Of a stretch of 64,000 bases of DNA, positions 39,110 through 53,724 are shown one piece after another (position 1 is the stretch's first letter; each line of letters opens with the position of its first letter). Under the pieces are notes generated by a model. The model had not been told where the DNA came from, searched no databases, and saw only the letters and a program-made list of their open reading frames with translations. Source of the DNA: Eledone cirrhosa (taxonomy: Eukaryota); contig OZ024755.1 of the NCBI GenBank assembly GCA_964016885.1, positions 30,070,001 through 30,134,000 of the forward strand, written 5' to 3'. A program made the translations under genes and the position numbers.

Positions 39110-39714
39110 TTATATTTCCCTAGAACACATAGATACTATAAGATCTTTAACAGAAACTGTGTTAAAATTAGCTATTCCTGCGGTCCCCTATTAAGTCCTA
39201 TATCCTCAACAAAACATCACCTAGAGAAAATCAAACTTGCTCCTGTAGAATCAAAAGTGAATGCCCATTACAAGGTAAATACAACACCAAAGCCATTGTA
39301 TATGCGGCTAATGTGACAACCATCAGCAACAACCATCCAGTCACCAGTGAACGATATGTGGGTATGACGCAAGACAGATTCAAAACGCGTTGTTACTCAC
39401 ATGTCGCATCCTTTCGACATCCAGAAAAAAGATTTACAACAGCTCTGGCTAGCAGAATCTGGGATTTGAAAGACCAAGGCATCCAATATAAACTAGATTG
39501 GTCAATTTTGAACCAATCTAAAAAATATGCTAGAGGAACAAGAAAATGCACGCTCTGCATAAATGAAAAATTTTGGATATTGCAAAATCTTAAATCACCA
39601 AAGACCTGCCTGAACACAAAGACGGAAATTTTTACCAGTTGCCCACACATGAAATCACACCTGCTTTCCAGCTCATATAAACTTAACACACTTTCAGATA
39701 CTTATCCTCCATAA
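39110..39714 (+). pseudogene. Penelope-like element C-terminus (GIY-YIG endonuclease)
   Basis: KIFNRNCVKISYSC then RYVGMTQDRFKTR..SH..SFR...W.LKD...W.IL...C.LC..EK..I...LN.K.E....CPH. Confidence 0.85.
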
Positions 39715-40098
39715 ACTCTTATTATTCTCTTTTTAATTACCCTTTCTGACTTACTTTCATTCTTATCCTTGTCAATAATTTCATTTATTTTCACTTTTAT
39801 TTATTTTTACTTCACCCCACCCCCTTTATTCTCCGATCCACTTCCTATTTTCTATTTTTTACTTCCCCTTCTTTTACTTCCCTTTTTCCTCCACTAACTG
39901 ATTATACTTGTCTTTTGTGTTTTTCAATCCAGATATATTTTTCATTTTTATTTTTATTTTATTTTTGCGCAGCCTATCTTACAATTTTATATTTGTACTT
40001 ATTTATCCACATTTCAATATGGCTGAACGCCTTAATGTGTGTATACTTTTTATATATGTACATGAGTGACTACGTATGTGCGCGCGCGTGCGTGTATG

Positions 40099-40142
<44 letters not shown>

Positions 40143-40932
40143 TGTATGTATGTGTGTGTGTACAGGTGTTTGTGTGTGTGTGTATGTATATATTATGCGT
40201 ATGTGTAAGTGTCTTTATATCCGTGTTTTTGACATTTCGGTTTTATGTTTTTGTTCCTTTTTTCTTCTCCCCCCCCCCTTCCCTCTTTTGTTACTTACTC
40301 AGTTTCATACGTGGGCATGCAAACAGGTTTATATGCGCGAGTATAAGTATGTGGTGTGTGTGTGTGCGTATGTACGTATCGAACGTATGGAAGTGTAAGT
40401 GCGCGTGTGTATATAAGCATAATTATTTTTACATTTCTTTTGTGAGTCACGCGTGTTTGTGTATGTATGTACCCCCCCCCCCTTTTTTGTTTTCTTTAAT
40501 TTTTTCTTTCTATCTTTTCTTTCTAATTTATCGTTACTATATTTTAATAAATATATCGAGACTGATACTTTTCTTTTAATTATTATACTCTCATTACCTC
40601 CTTTCTTTCCGCATCTAAGTGTACGAGTGTCCAGGCGTTTTTATGCGCGCGACTTTATATTCTTATATTTACGATGTAACCATTTCCGTCTGTATAATAC
40701 AGACATATAGATACATTTGCCCTAAATTTTTATAATTACGCACACTTTCTAACTATACATTTACATGTGCACATATACATATATGCACATCTGTGAGCGT
40801 ATATACATACACATACACACACCTAACTATTTTTCTTGATAGATTTTTATATATTTCAATTTCTATTTCATTTATCTATATATTTTTTTGATTTTCTTGA
40901 TGTGTTTTTCTAAGTATTTGCTCATATTTTAT

Positions 40933-41010
40933 ATTGCCTCGTCTGACGAACGAATGAAGTCGTTTATTTCGTATTCGCCTCATTCGGGAAACCTCTGGTA
41001 ATGAGGTAAT
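40933..41010 (+). ncRNA. Type I hammerhead at the 3' end (pLTR) of the 39110-41110 Penelope-like element
   Basis: 10-bp stem I ATTGCCTCGT/ATGAGGTAAT, CTGACGA, stem II CGAATGA/TCATTCG (A.G closing mismatch), GAAA-CC(TCT)GG-TA. Confidence 0.7.
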
Positions 41011-41192
41011 TATATTGTATTGATTTTATACATTAAATTTTGCTCTGATACTTACATAGAGCACTCTTCATTTCTATGACCTTTTCTGTTTCCAACGGAA
41101 ATTTCAATACTTATATATATATATATATATAAAATAAAGTAAAATAAAGTAAAATAAATAAGTCAAATGTTTAAGATTTAGCTTCGTTTATT

Positions 41193-41247
41193 ACTGCTAT
41201 ATATATTTCGGTGACAGCCATATTTGGCTGTGACCTCTTCAGGCAGT
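41193..41247 (-). ncRNA. Type I hammerhead ribozyme
   Basis: minus: ACTGC-CTGAAGA-GGTCACAGCCAAATATGGCTGTCACC-GAAA-TATATA-TA-GCAGT, then AATAAA. Confidence 0.8.
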
Positions 41248-41429
41248 CCGAATTAGTGTGGTAGAGACAAGTACACATGTTGTTGAGGTGTTTAACTTCG
41301 TCAATACTCTGATATGCCCAGTTCCTGGTTGGGTTGTTATTTCACCGAGGAACTGGAATCATATCATATATATATATATACATATATAACAGGTGCGTGT
41401 TTATTGGCAACATGACACTCCCAAAGTAT

Positions 41430-41515
<86 letters not shown>

Positions 41516-42712
41516 ATGCATAGGTATAGAAAAGGAAAATAATGTTCAATCGGGAAGAGAGCTGTTATGTTAACTTTGCCTTTCATCCTTACGGGGTCGA
41601 TAAAATAAAGTACCAGTAATGTACTGGGTAATTGCTGGCCTTGAGCCAATAGTAGAAACAATTATTTATTTATGTTCATACACGGAACAAAAACGCTACC
41701 TACCGTTTCAAGGTCCTATCTGCAGATTGTAAGAGGGATCAAAACTGCGACCTAGTCTTCAATCTTTTACAAATTTGTATGAACTAGATAAGGAAAATTA
41801 TAACAACCTTATCCTAAACACCCTAACAATAAATACCAGAAGGTAAATCGTAACACCTATAAGTAGATATTGCCACTCTTTTTTAAATAGACAATAGAGT
41901 AGAAACAATTATTTGTCCGAGATGCTTGACCTAGCAAGGTTTACATTTGCACAATCATGCAGAAATGAGGACAAATACTTCAAATGATGTTTTTGAAGAT
42001 AAAATAAAGTAACAGTCACGTGCTGGAGTGCCTGATTGATGAAGAGGGTGGTTTTTGGTCACATTCAGGGTTAAAAACCAAACCCGTTAAAAGCAGATGA
42101 ACTCTGAAGCCTCAACGGCCATGTTTGTTTTAGGAAAAACAAACTTTGTAAACAAAGTAAAGTTCAAATATTGTTGTTTGGTCTGTGAAGACGTGTAATT
42201 CGGAGGTCCGTTAAGTTTGTGGATTCAAATTGTGTATTTTGTATTTTGCTGTGACGTTTTGTGCAAAGAGACCCCATAATATTTGGCCCTTGGGCCCAAA
42301 TATTTGAACTTTACTTTGTGTAAAAATAATTTTTCCATACATTACAATTAAAATATTATTTTGAAGTAAATTCTAGAATAAACGGTAAATATAACTTAAC
42401 TATTTAAACTAAGAAATATTAGAGTTATCTTTTCCTTTGAAATGAAACACGCTTACACATTTTGTCTAAGTAACAGGTAAACTTTACATAAATATTAAAA
42501 TTTATTAAAATTTCGTAAATTTATTCCTATCTTGCTGCAACTATTGAATATAAAAAACAGTGTACATCTTCTATACTAAAATAGAACTACTTCCATTTTC
42601 TTAAACCATATATTGAAAATGTAAATAAATTATCGTAACTCTTCATATATAAAAAATTATATAAATTATCTATCTATTAAATAAACAACATATATACTCA
42701 CCAAAAACTATA

Positions 42713-42751
<39 letters not shown>

Positions 42752-43565
42752 CTAACTAACTAACTTGTAATATAATAAAATATACTTACAACTGTAATCT
42801 TCATAAAATATACTTATAACTGCAATCTTCATAAAATATACTTATAAATACTATCTTTATAATATTAAAACACACCAATAGAATAGACCCTATCGTATAT
42901 ATGAATACAATATATCTCTCACATTTTAAATTAATATTCTCTCACTTTAACGCATTTATAATTCACATATTATATTATAAATACTCCCAAAATATATAAT
43001 TAAATAATAAAATAAATAAAATAAAATAAAATTATGTCACTCTCTCTACACCCTCACAAATATGCTCCATACAATTATATACATATATTCATATTAATAG
43101 TATATTATTAACTTTAATATATATTTTTTCTTAAAATCTTTCCTTAATTTTTCTTCTACCCTAATAATAACGTATTTCCTTTACCTTTAAAAAATAATCC
43201 TAATAATTATTTAAATTTACCTAGCGTCTAAACATAACGATCTTTTTCAATTTTAACGTTATCCTCATTAGCATATTCTTCCTATGATTTGAAGTTCTTC
43301 TTCACTATTCAAACAGAATTCAAAACGTTAAGTTCTAGTTTTGAATATGTCACTATCTGTAAAACAACTTTTGTATTTTATCTGATGAGAGCGTGCCAAA
43401 ATTTTCGTACCCTTGAAATATATATAATGAAATAAATATGGTTTTCTAATGATAGTTTCCATTTATTAATATCATTGATATTATACTGCAGAAGAAACTG
43501 TAGAGTGCTTCTAATCTGTTATAAACTAAATTTGCTGAATAATCAACAAATTAAATAACTCATTG

Positions 43566-43617
<52 letters not shown>

Positions 43618-43797
43618 GGATATGTGTTCCTTCACACACAAGGCGCGAATGAAAAGAACCTTCTGACGAGAATCTTTCTTTGCAACGAAGGCCGTATGGT
43701 CTCCGTTTATTTTTGAGATTCGGTAAAGGTAACTATAGTAGGTAAAGTCAATTTTTTAAAATTTATTTTGAAACTTTTTCATTATTTGCTAAACCTT

Positions 43798-43866
<69 letters not shown>

Positions 43867-43913
43867 GATCTTGTCTAAACTCCAAAAAAATCAAGCAAAC
43901 TTCAATACTCCCT

Positions 43914-43997
<84 letters not shown>

Positions 43998-44256
43998 GTT
44001 ATACTTTAGGAGGGTCATGTTGCCAATAAGAAACACACGCACCAGTTGCTTTCACTTCAGAGTATAAGAATATCGGTTTCAACACACGATTTCAGATAAA
44101 GAATCTTGCTAAACAAATTCAGAAACGAAATATATATATATATATATATATATTCTTTCCTTACTCACACTTCGACCAGGTTTGATGGTCTTTAAAGCGA
44201 TGAAATACCAATGAAGGCTGGAAGATCACTGATGAAGGACTAAATTTATTCACACA

Positions 44257-44398
<142 letters not shown>

Positions 44399-44629
44399 CG
44401 TGTGGCTGAGTGGTTAGAGAATTGGATTCGCAATCCTTAGGTTGTGAGTTTGATTCCTGGACCGAGTGATGCGTTATTTCCTTGAGCAAGACACTATATT
44501 TCACGTTGCTCCTTCTACCTGGAGTTGTGACCGATAGATAGTATTAGCAATTGGAAAGACCAATGGAAACATTCTTTCCTCGGTCCGATTTGACGAAAGT
44601 CGATCGTTCCTTTATATATATAAAATATA

Positions 44630-44820
44630 AAATAATTGTTTCTACTTTAGGCACAAGGCCAGCAATTACCCAGTGCATTACTGGTACTTTATTTTATCGA
44701 CCCCGTAAGGATGAAAGGCAAAGTCAACCTCGGCGGGATTTGAACTCAGATCGTAAAGGGATGTAACTATGCTGGAAAGCATGGCGTCCGACCCTCTACC
44801 GATACTGCCAATCCACCACC
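44630..44820 (-). mobile_element. SINE family 1 with TSD
   Basis: ATAAAATATAAAATAAT flanks. Confidence 0.85.
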
Positions 44821-45053
44821 ATAAAATATAAAATAATAAGTGTAAATCAAACATGCGAAAGTAGGCTTCGTTTATTCTAATTCGCTGCTATATATAGCAA
44901 CCAACTTTACGAAGCCAACGTTAACATGTTTGACTTACACTTATTATTTTACATTACTCCGGAGTGAACAACCCAACCTGCGCACTTCATTGAGTGCTCC
45001 TACCTGCATAATGAGGTAAACAACCAACACATACTCAATATATATATAAATAT

Positions 45054-45246
45054 AAATATTTATTAAAATAACAGATTAAAGTTTAAGCAAAGAATCGCTG
45101 CTTTCACCCTTAACGGGATCTTCTGAAATTCTGAGTTTCGGAATCTTTCTAAGAGTTTCTGAAACTCTAAGTTTCAGAAGATCCCGTTAAGTGTGAAAGT
45201 AGAGATTCTTTGCTTAAACTTTAATCTGTTATTTTAATAAATATTT
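45054..45246. repeat. Fold-back element with degenerate hammerhead-like core
   Basis: ~75-bp inverted arms; CAGAAGA-TCCC(GTTAA)GGGT-GAAA. Confidence 0.65.
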
Positions 45247-45344
45247 GCTCTAGGGTTCTTATATATTTGATATATATTTATCCTTATCGAGCCCTCTTTG
45301 GATTTTAGTCTTCACGTTTATTATTATTACTATATGTATATATA

Positions 45345-45585
45345 TGACAGTTGAAAATTGCAAACTCGACTGTCACCACGTATTATGAACCTGAAGATTG
45401 CGAAAGCATGAAAGTACTTGTTCAATTAACACTTAGAATTTAATATTCTATCATACTATTTCATTATAATACCATTATATATTTTAAAGGATTGTAAATA
45501 AAACGAGTAAATCAGACAAAGCTGGAATTCCTCTTATTAATATAATCTTCTATACACAATCATACACACCCGTGTATATTTACCT
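45345..45585 (+). mobile_element. Second copy of the ~240-bp element; hammerhead at 45386-45424
   Basis: near-identical reverse complement of 23630-23870. Confidence 0.7.
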
Positions 45586-45853
45586 ATCTATCTATATATA
45601 TATATATATATTATGTGCCCCACCTAATCTTTCAGCATGAACCTGTTTTCGTTTTGATCTTTCACATAAAGGAATTAAATCATTTTATCATTATATTTCT
45701 CAACACTTGCTTTACCACTTTATTATTGCGAAACAACACTATCATAATGTTTGCGACAATTCCGATGACTGTTCACAAATGCCGTCACCCATATAAGTGT
45801 GTATATATATATATATATATATACACTTATATGGGTGACGGCATTTGTGAACA

Positions 45854-45919
<66 letters not shown>

Positions 45920-46397
45920 GTGTGTGCGTGTGTGTGTATCTGTGTGTGTATGAGTGTGCGAATGAGTTGTGTGCGTTTGAGGGTGTTGTGAGTTATTCAC
46001 TGTATGTGAAGAAGTCTTTATTTTTATGAAAACCGTCATTATATATATATACAAAGAACAATTTTGTTTCAAATTACCTGGAGTGTAAAATATGTTACTG
46101 ATTTGAATATGTAAGCATAGTTCATATCTTAGGTTCACTGCCACTTGCTTCTCTCGTTGGAAAATTTATGACATTCTTTAAAAGCATTTACATATAACTG
46201 ACGTCCAGCCAACCACTCACACTGCCCATGAGTCATATGGGAATAATGTTACTCATAGAAGATCTACTGGACTTGACCTACTAGGAATATAAGCCAAATC
46301 TACTGCTGTCTTAAAAACGATCCATGAAAGCTACAATGAATTATCTCGTTCTAAATGTCCCCTGACTGAAAAAAAAACAAACTTTTAATGACAAAAC

Positions 46398-46590
46398 AAA
46401 TAATTGTTTCTACTTTAGGCACAAGGCCAGCAATTACCCAGTGCATTACTGGTACTTTATTTTATCGACCCCGTAAGGATGAAAGGCAAAGTCAACCTCG
46501 GCGGGATTTGAACTCAGATCGTAAAGGGACGTAATTATGCTGGAAAGCATGGCGTCCGACCCTCTACCGATACTGCCAATACACCGCCCT
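46398..46590 (-). mobile_element. SINE family 1 with TSD
   Basis: ATGACAAAACAAATAAT flanks. Confidence 0.9.
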
Positions 46591-46757
46591 ATGACAAAAC
46601 AAATAATGATCGAATGGTCGTAGCTGAAACGACTGATCATAACTCTGATCGATCTGGACCAGAATGGAGCTAAACAAAGACAACAGTAGCAACTTGACCA
46701 GCACTAAAATAAATGAATAAATAAATAAATAGATAAATAAAATAAACACACAAATGG

Positions 46758-46959
46758 TACGATGGTGGGCTGAAAAGTTCACAGGTTGCCTATGGAGGAG
46801 TGATGCTAGAGCTGTGAAATCTTGCATGTATTTATTTCAACTCTTCCTGTTAATAACTGCACTGTTTCTTTCCAGGGACTATGTATAAGAATATACCTCA
46901 TTTGATCATTCCATGAGAGTATCTTGGTCTATCTATGAAAATTTCCGCCGACCCTTATA
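46758..46959. mobile_element. mariner-like MITE
   Basis: TA|CGATGGTGGGCTGAAAAGTTCA...TGAAAATTTCCGCCGACCCTTA|TA degenerate TIRs. Confidence 0.6.
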
Positions 46960-47099
46960 TGTCCTGTTTAGCGTTTTCAACTTTTACACCTCTCCGGAAA
47001 TAAAGGTGTGGTTCCATAACTGCTAATCCGGAGCCGAATTAAACATTTCTGATATCCACGGTGTAATATTTCTTGCAAGCATTATTTGTGCCAAAAGTG

Positions 47100-47737
47100 A
47101 GGGCGGTGGAATGGCAGTATCGGTAGAGGGTCGGGTGCCATGCTTTGCAGCATAGAGTTACGGCCCTTTATGATCTGAGTTCAAATCCTGCCGAGGTTAA
47201 CTTTGCCTTTCACCCTTACGGGGTCGATAAAATAAAGTACCAGTCACGCACTGGGGTCGATTTGACTTTCCCATCCCTAAAATTTGTTGGCCTTGTGCCT
47301 ATATAAGAAACCATTATTTGTGCCAAAAGTAGAAACAATTATTATCAAATAAGAAATGAAGCATTCAGATTATTGTAAAGATAAAGTTCTTTGTGAATGA
47401 TCAATTAATCTCTGGGTAATATAAATACCATTAATAAATGTGAACACGCTTATAATTGTTTCTACTTTTGGCACAAGGCCAGCAATTACCCAGTACATTA
47501 CTGGTACTTTATTTTATCGACCCCGTAAGGATGAAAGGCAAAGATAACCTCGGCGGGATTTGAACTCATAATTTAAATAATTGTTTCTACTTTTGGCACA
47601 AGGCCAGCAATTACCCAGTACATTACTGGTACTTTATTTTATCGACCCCGTAAGGATGAAAGGCAAAGATAACCTCGGCGGGATTTGAACTCAGATTGTA
47701 AAGGGACATAACTATACTGGAAAGCATGGCGTCCGGT
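47100..47737. mobile_element. Three family 1 SINEs (+, -, -)
   Basis: homology. Confidence 0.85.
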
Positions 47738-48315
47738 TTATAATGGAATAAACCTGTTAAATAAGATATTTCCTTGCGTTTACAGATGCAAACGCGTGAA
47801 TAATATCCCCAAAATTCTAAATTCCACAATAAATCTGGTTCAATGCTCATTCCCCGAAAGCATAATTTTTTGATTAGTCTAGAAATAAAAAAAAAATAAT
47901 AATCGTCCAATAATCCAGATTATCTGCCGTCTGGCTCTCGTTTGGCAGGGAAATATGAAAGAAATGTATCTACATTTCTACTATTATTTATTCATAGAAA
48001 TATATTGATCAGGTAGGATTAAACAGCTTAAAGAGTAATCGTGGAATTATTGTCAAGTGTATGCTTGTTTCATGGACCTCGGAAAGGCATACGACAGCGT
48101 TCCACGGGGATTTTGTGAATGGTACTTCCGGGATATGGGATTGACGGACAGCTTCTTGTTGCTTTGAAGTCCCAAAACGAATACCTTGGTATAAGTATTC
48201 AGATAAAGGTGCTAAATCGAAACCATTCAATGTGAGCGTAGGAATCTGCTAAGGGTGCGTATTGTGACCTCTTATATTCACGATCTTCGTGTTTAGGAAT
48301 GGCATGCGTAGTCGG

Positions 48316-48478
48316 CAGTGCCGGATTTACCATTGTGCAGGTGTGCTTAAGCAGAGGGCCCAATGGGCCAGGGGATCACATCATCCTGCCCAAAGAAGTT
48401 TTACAATAACATTTTCAAATGTTTGGTGCGTCATAACTTAACTGGCACAGGGCCTCATTTGTTCTAAATCCAACGCTG
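48316..48478. mobile_element. hAT-like MITE
   Basis: TIRs CAGTGCCGGATTTA / TAAATCCAACGCTG; 8-bp TSD GTAGTCGG / GCAGCCGG (6/8). Confidence 0.65.
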
Positions 48479-48509
48479 GCAGCCGGGTATGTGGTATCAA
48501 AATGAGAAT

Positions 48510-49145
48510 ATATAATTATAATGAAATCATTGTGTACAGTACTCAGGCGTACTACAACTCATCAAAGGTGTATGTGTAGTACATAGAATAATGTACAAAT
48601 ATCAGGAAAATGAACAATGTATGAATCATGATATACATGTGTGCGTGTGTATGGAGGGGGGGGGGGATATCAGGTGTAGTGTTGGAGAATTTCGGGAAGC
48701 ATACATAGAGGTTTTAAAGGATGCAGTGTCTCTACAGCTAACAACTGATGGAGGTAGTTTGTTCCATGCTTCAGCAACTCTGAGCGTGAAAAAATGATGT
48801 TTCGGAAAGTCATGGGAGCTGTGCTGTTTTCTGACTTTGTAGGCATGTCCACGTGTGTTAGACACATGGAATTCAAAAAGGTACTCAGGGTTGTTGGCAA
48901 GATGATTAATAATTTTGTGGGTCTTTACCAAGTCAGTTGCCAGACGTCGGAGCTTCAATGTATCCATGCCCAGGGAAGCAAGGCGTTTAGAATATAGTAG
49001 CTGCCGGATGGAGGGTATTCATTTGGTTGCACGTCTCTCAACAGTTTCCAGGCGGTCAATGTTCTGAGCAAGATAAGAGTTCCAGACTGGTGATGCAAAT
49101 TCTAAGTGTAGCCGCACCATAGCTATATACAGCTTTAAATAGATA
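48510..49145 (-). mobile_element. CR1/L2-clade LINE 3' fragment
   Basis: YIAMVRLHLEFASPVWN...LETVERRATK; LKLRR..DL...TRGH...WNKLP. Confidence 0.85.
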
Positions 49146-50898
49146 GGATCTGTAGGCTGGTATTTGCAGACGACATAGTATTACTTAACTCGTCGCAAGG
49201 TGATCTCTGATATACACTGGATAGGTTTGCTGCTGAATGATGTACGACAGGAATAAAAATAACTGCTGTGAAAATTGAGACGCTCGTTCTCTTAAAGAAG
49301 TCTGCGCAGTGATATCTGTATGTGAGTGGAGGTATACTGAACCAGGTGGAGAAGTTCATGTATCTCAAGTGATAGAAGGCACGGGGCTGAATTACAAGCA
49401 CGAATTACAGGAGCTGGTACAGTAATGCGCCAACGTCAGCAGACAATCATCAGAAGAACGGAGGTAGATGTAAAAGTAAAACTAGCTTACTTCAATTCGG
49501 TGTTCGTGCTTATGATTACCTTTTACCTATAGCAATGAATTTTGACTAATGATCGAAAGAATACGACCGCGTGTACAAACGGTCGAAAGAGGGTTCCTTC
49601 GAAGTGTCTTTGGAGTAACGTTACTCGATAGGGTGCTCATAGCCCAGGGAGTCACTCCAAGTAGAGCAACGACTTCTCCGAATCAAGAGATCACAGCTCC
49701 GGTACGACGGATATGTTGTTTGTTTATTTAAGGAACGAATCGTTAAACAGATTTTACGAGCAAAGCCAACCGGAAGGAAACTCAAATGGCGACCACGAGC
49801 AATATGTTTGGATATCACCCACGACATGATTGGTCACGCTTAGAGACCCAGCTACATAATTTGGAGAGCGGAGTCTAGTCTGAAAGAGTTGATTTATTAT
49901 CAGCGATATTACTATTTCTAACTCCCGTTTTTTACGGGGAAATATCTAGGATTCTATTATACAATGAGTAATTTTACCTTTCTATGCCTCAGAGTGTAAA
50001 TTGAGGTCTTGCTGATTCAGCAGACCGCTTATTAAAGACATTCTAGTGGTGACAATCTCGTGTTTTTATTATGCGCAAGGAATACAGAAACACATTACCG
50101 AATATATATTTTTATGAGATTGTTAGATGTGATTTGAGAGAGATTTTGCTGTTATTTCTAACAAGACAAGCCACCACATAATATTTCTCTCGTCAGCTTG
50201 TTTACCATGAGGTATTGGTGGTGATGGTGGAGTATATCCCCTCTTCCAGGTTTTAAACAGATTTAGAGACATCTCTCGCCATACTATCTGCTGATGTCGG
50301 ACTATCTCATTTTTTTTCTTTGCTAATGGGAAAATTTAAATTAAGATTCAATGTCTTAAAAATATAACAGAGATAATTAGAGCAGTCTCGAGTTACAGTG
50401 ATAAGCAGAACGTTTCTTAAATGGTGTCATTTTACATCTAGGTCACATACTCTCAAATTTCAACTTTTAAGTTCTTCCTTTATGCACACCGGTTTGCACC
50501 ACGTCATTATCTGTTGCTAGAAACATATATGTTCTGAATTGGTAAAATATAACAATCTATTTGAATATGGTGATTATTTCATCTTATCAACTAGTAGCCG
50601 ACTCTTATGAGTCATCTATACATCATTGTGTATATATTCTTGGATACCAGGTATGTCAATCTCTAAACACCCACAGGTAAATAATCGGACACAAGTAAAA
50701 GCATGTACATCATAGAGCCTTCTCCTAGAATATTTTCTAATGGAAGGACACACACACCTCAGTAGGAGTTTGATTTTTGAGATTTTCATCCTCACAGTAG
50801 TTTTGCTATACCCCAAACAGAAACACGGGTATTTCTACGGTTTCCGTGCAACACACACACACACACACACACAAAAATACACGCAGACACACACATAA

Positions 50899-50947
<49 letters not shown>

Positions 50948-51053
50948 CAGACACACACAGGCACACGCGGACACACACACACAAATACACGCAGACACAC
51001 ACATAAATACACGCAGAAACACACACAGGCACACGCAGACACACACACATGCA

Positions 51054-51090
<37 letters not shown>

Positions 51091-51861
51091 AAATAGAAAC
51101 ACGCACAGATACGCTTTAGAATTTGCCTGTAGGTTCGCCAACATCAATGACTATTATGTATTCTCGCGAGAATCTGCCCGTCAAAAACGGATTTATTTTG
51201 GGGAAAACAATTGAACCATTGAATCTATTTGAGGTCTCAATGAGCGTCATGCGACAACATATACGTTTGTGTCACCATTGTCATATATATCCCAAGCCTA
51301 ACGGAGTTCAGATTCTACAGCCCTAATATCACTCTATATAGGGATGATATCGGTAGATATTTATCTCTGACGTATTTCCTAGATGTAACACTATTCCTCT
51401 TTAAATTTACATTCGATATCGTAACTCTTTATTACAATAGAGCGCTTCTAGATTGTGACTTCAAATATAAGATTTACCAAACTCCCACCACCAATAAATT
51501 CAAGAAATGCACTGAAAAAGCAACTAGTTCACTCCTGCTTTCTCAGTGAACGTTAATATTAACAAAGGTAAGAGATTACTGGATCTTGTAGAAAAGCAAT
51601 TTCCATCGCAACACCAATATAGTAAAATCTTAAGTAAATATTCCGTTAAAATTAGAAAAACCACTGACCCTCCATCTCAATTCTACTTTTGAAAAGTAGA
51701 AGAACTGCGAAACCGGTAAAGGAACCAAATAAATATATATATTTAAAAAAAAAAAAGACTCCAGTTGCATTTTCGATTTCATCTTTTTTTCCTTATACTT
51801 TCACTCGTGTAGGACACCTCGATTATTTTTCATATTGTTAAAAAAACACCTCACTTTCTAA

Positions 51862-51963
<102 letters not shown>

Positions 51964-52160
51964 TATATTGCACAAAGAGAAGTGTGTTACACAGTGAGAT
52001 GTGTGTAAAGAATTATTACAAGTGAGTTTTACCGTTACTGTATAGAGAACAATATCTACAGGTTTAGCGATTAAATAGAAAAAAACTAAGTCAGAATCAA
52101 ATCTCTGAAGTAGAGTTTTAAATTACCAACCTTATAAGTTTGGTGATTCAAATCTAGTTC

Positions 52161-52232
<72 letters not shown>

Positions 52233-52432
52233 GTTTGAAGTTAGAAGGCCAGGACAATGCAGGTATGGATATAGAATATAAATATATATGCAAAAGATGA
52301 CGCTGAGAATTAGTCTTTTACTTTAATTTATTTATATATCCTGATATTTCGAGATAATATCTCTTCGTCTGACTTGACAACCCACTAGGACACTGGATTA
52401 ACCCCTTTACTTTCCTCAGACGAAGAGATATT

Positions 52433-52484
52433 ATCAACTCTGATGAATCCGGCCTTGTGCTATGATGAAACGAGCGTCAGTGAT
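52433..52484 (+). ncRNA. Type I hammerhead ribozyme preceded by a short fold-back
   Basis: ATCAACT-CTGATGA-ATC...GAT-GAAA-CG(AG)CG-TC-AGTGAT, then ATTAAA and (TA)n. Confidence 0.7.
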
Positions 52485-52528
52485 TAAATGTCTGAAAGTT
52501 TAAACACTCTTTGATTTTCATTTACATT

Positions 52529-52594
<66 letters not shown>

Positions 52595-52736
52595 ATACTT
52601 TGGGAGGGTCATGTTGCCAATAAGAAACACACGCACCAGTTGCTTTCACTTCAGTTTATTATATATTTATAAATTTACAAATTTATAAATTTCTGGTTGG
52701 TTGGTTGGTTCCACAACCAGATAGTTGTTTATATAT

Positions 52737-52781
52737 AGTCATAGTTCTTTCGTCACACACTCTGTGACCTCTTCAGTGACT
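52737..52781 (-). ncRNA. Type I hammerhead (family B)
   Basis: minus: AGTCA-CTGAAGA-G-GTCACA(GAGTG)TGTGAC-GAAA-GAAC-TA-TGACT. Confidence 0.65.
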
Positions 52782-53443
52782 GGGGATTTCTTTCTTTGTT
52801 TCTGTGCCTCTCCTTTGTTCTGTCCTACGCCATTTTGTTTCTGTGTGTGTGTTGTGTGCTCAGTCTGCGCATGCGCCACATCCCGGTGTATGTGTGTGTT
52901 TATGTGTTTATTTACATGTTAGTGGTTGGTTGTTTGTTCTATGTGTGTGTGTGTGTGTTTTCATTTTGTCCTTAATTGTAAGTTGTGATGTTGCTGTTCC
53001 ACTCATATTTTCTATTTAATTTTGGTTGTAATTCTTTTATGTTTATTGCCTCTGTAATTTGTCTAAACATTGCGTCTTTTCTGTGTTTAGATTCTATAGA
53101 ATCTACACACAGAAAAGACATATAACAGAGGTACATATGCATATTGTACCTTTTGATTTTTATTGTAATTTTAATGTTGGTAAAGGTATATTATATTATA
53201 TTATATTACATTGTATCATATATAATTCCTGCTCTATATAACCACCTTTGTTTAGCTCTAGGTTTTTTTTGCTTTGGACTATATTTGTAATATGGTTCTT
53301 AATGTTATATACATCCTTAGTAATTTTTATTATATATTTTTATTATTTTTATTATGTATTTTTGCAATACTTTAGTGTATGTACACTCCATATTCTTCGG
53401 AGCTTCCGGCTTGTATCTGCCGATATTACTTCTTGTTGTTTTG

Positions 53444-53488
53444 ATTGCCCTGATGAGTCCTTAATAGGACGAAACATTGTCGGCTAAT
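53444..53488 (+). ncRNA. Type I hammerhead ribozyme, canonical GUC
   Basis: GCC-CTGATGA-GTCCT(TAAT)AGGAC-GAAA-CATTG-TC-GGC, then AATAAA and a TA-rich tract. Confidence 0.85.
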
Positions 53489-53627
53489 AAAGACTTTTGA
53501 TGTATTGAAGGCTTCTTTGTTTTACTCTCTTAATATATACATATGTATAAATATATATATATATATATATATGTTTATATACATATATATGTATGGTTAT
53601 ATACATATACGTACATACGTACGTATG

Positions 53628-53666
<39 letters not shown>

Positions 53667-53724
53667 TTATAAATATGTATATACATACATACGTACGTAT
53701 GTATGCATGTATATATACACATAT

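Larger units (their letters stand above)
48040..49850 (+). pseudogene. RTE-like LINE reverse transcriptase remnant, interrupted by a MITE and a CR1
   Basis: ACFMDLGKAYDSVPR (~48062), GIC*GCVL (~48241), LVFADDIVLL (~49157), C-terminal G.R..GRPR-like segment. Confidence 0.75.
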
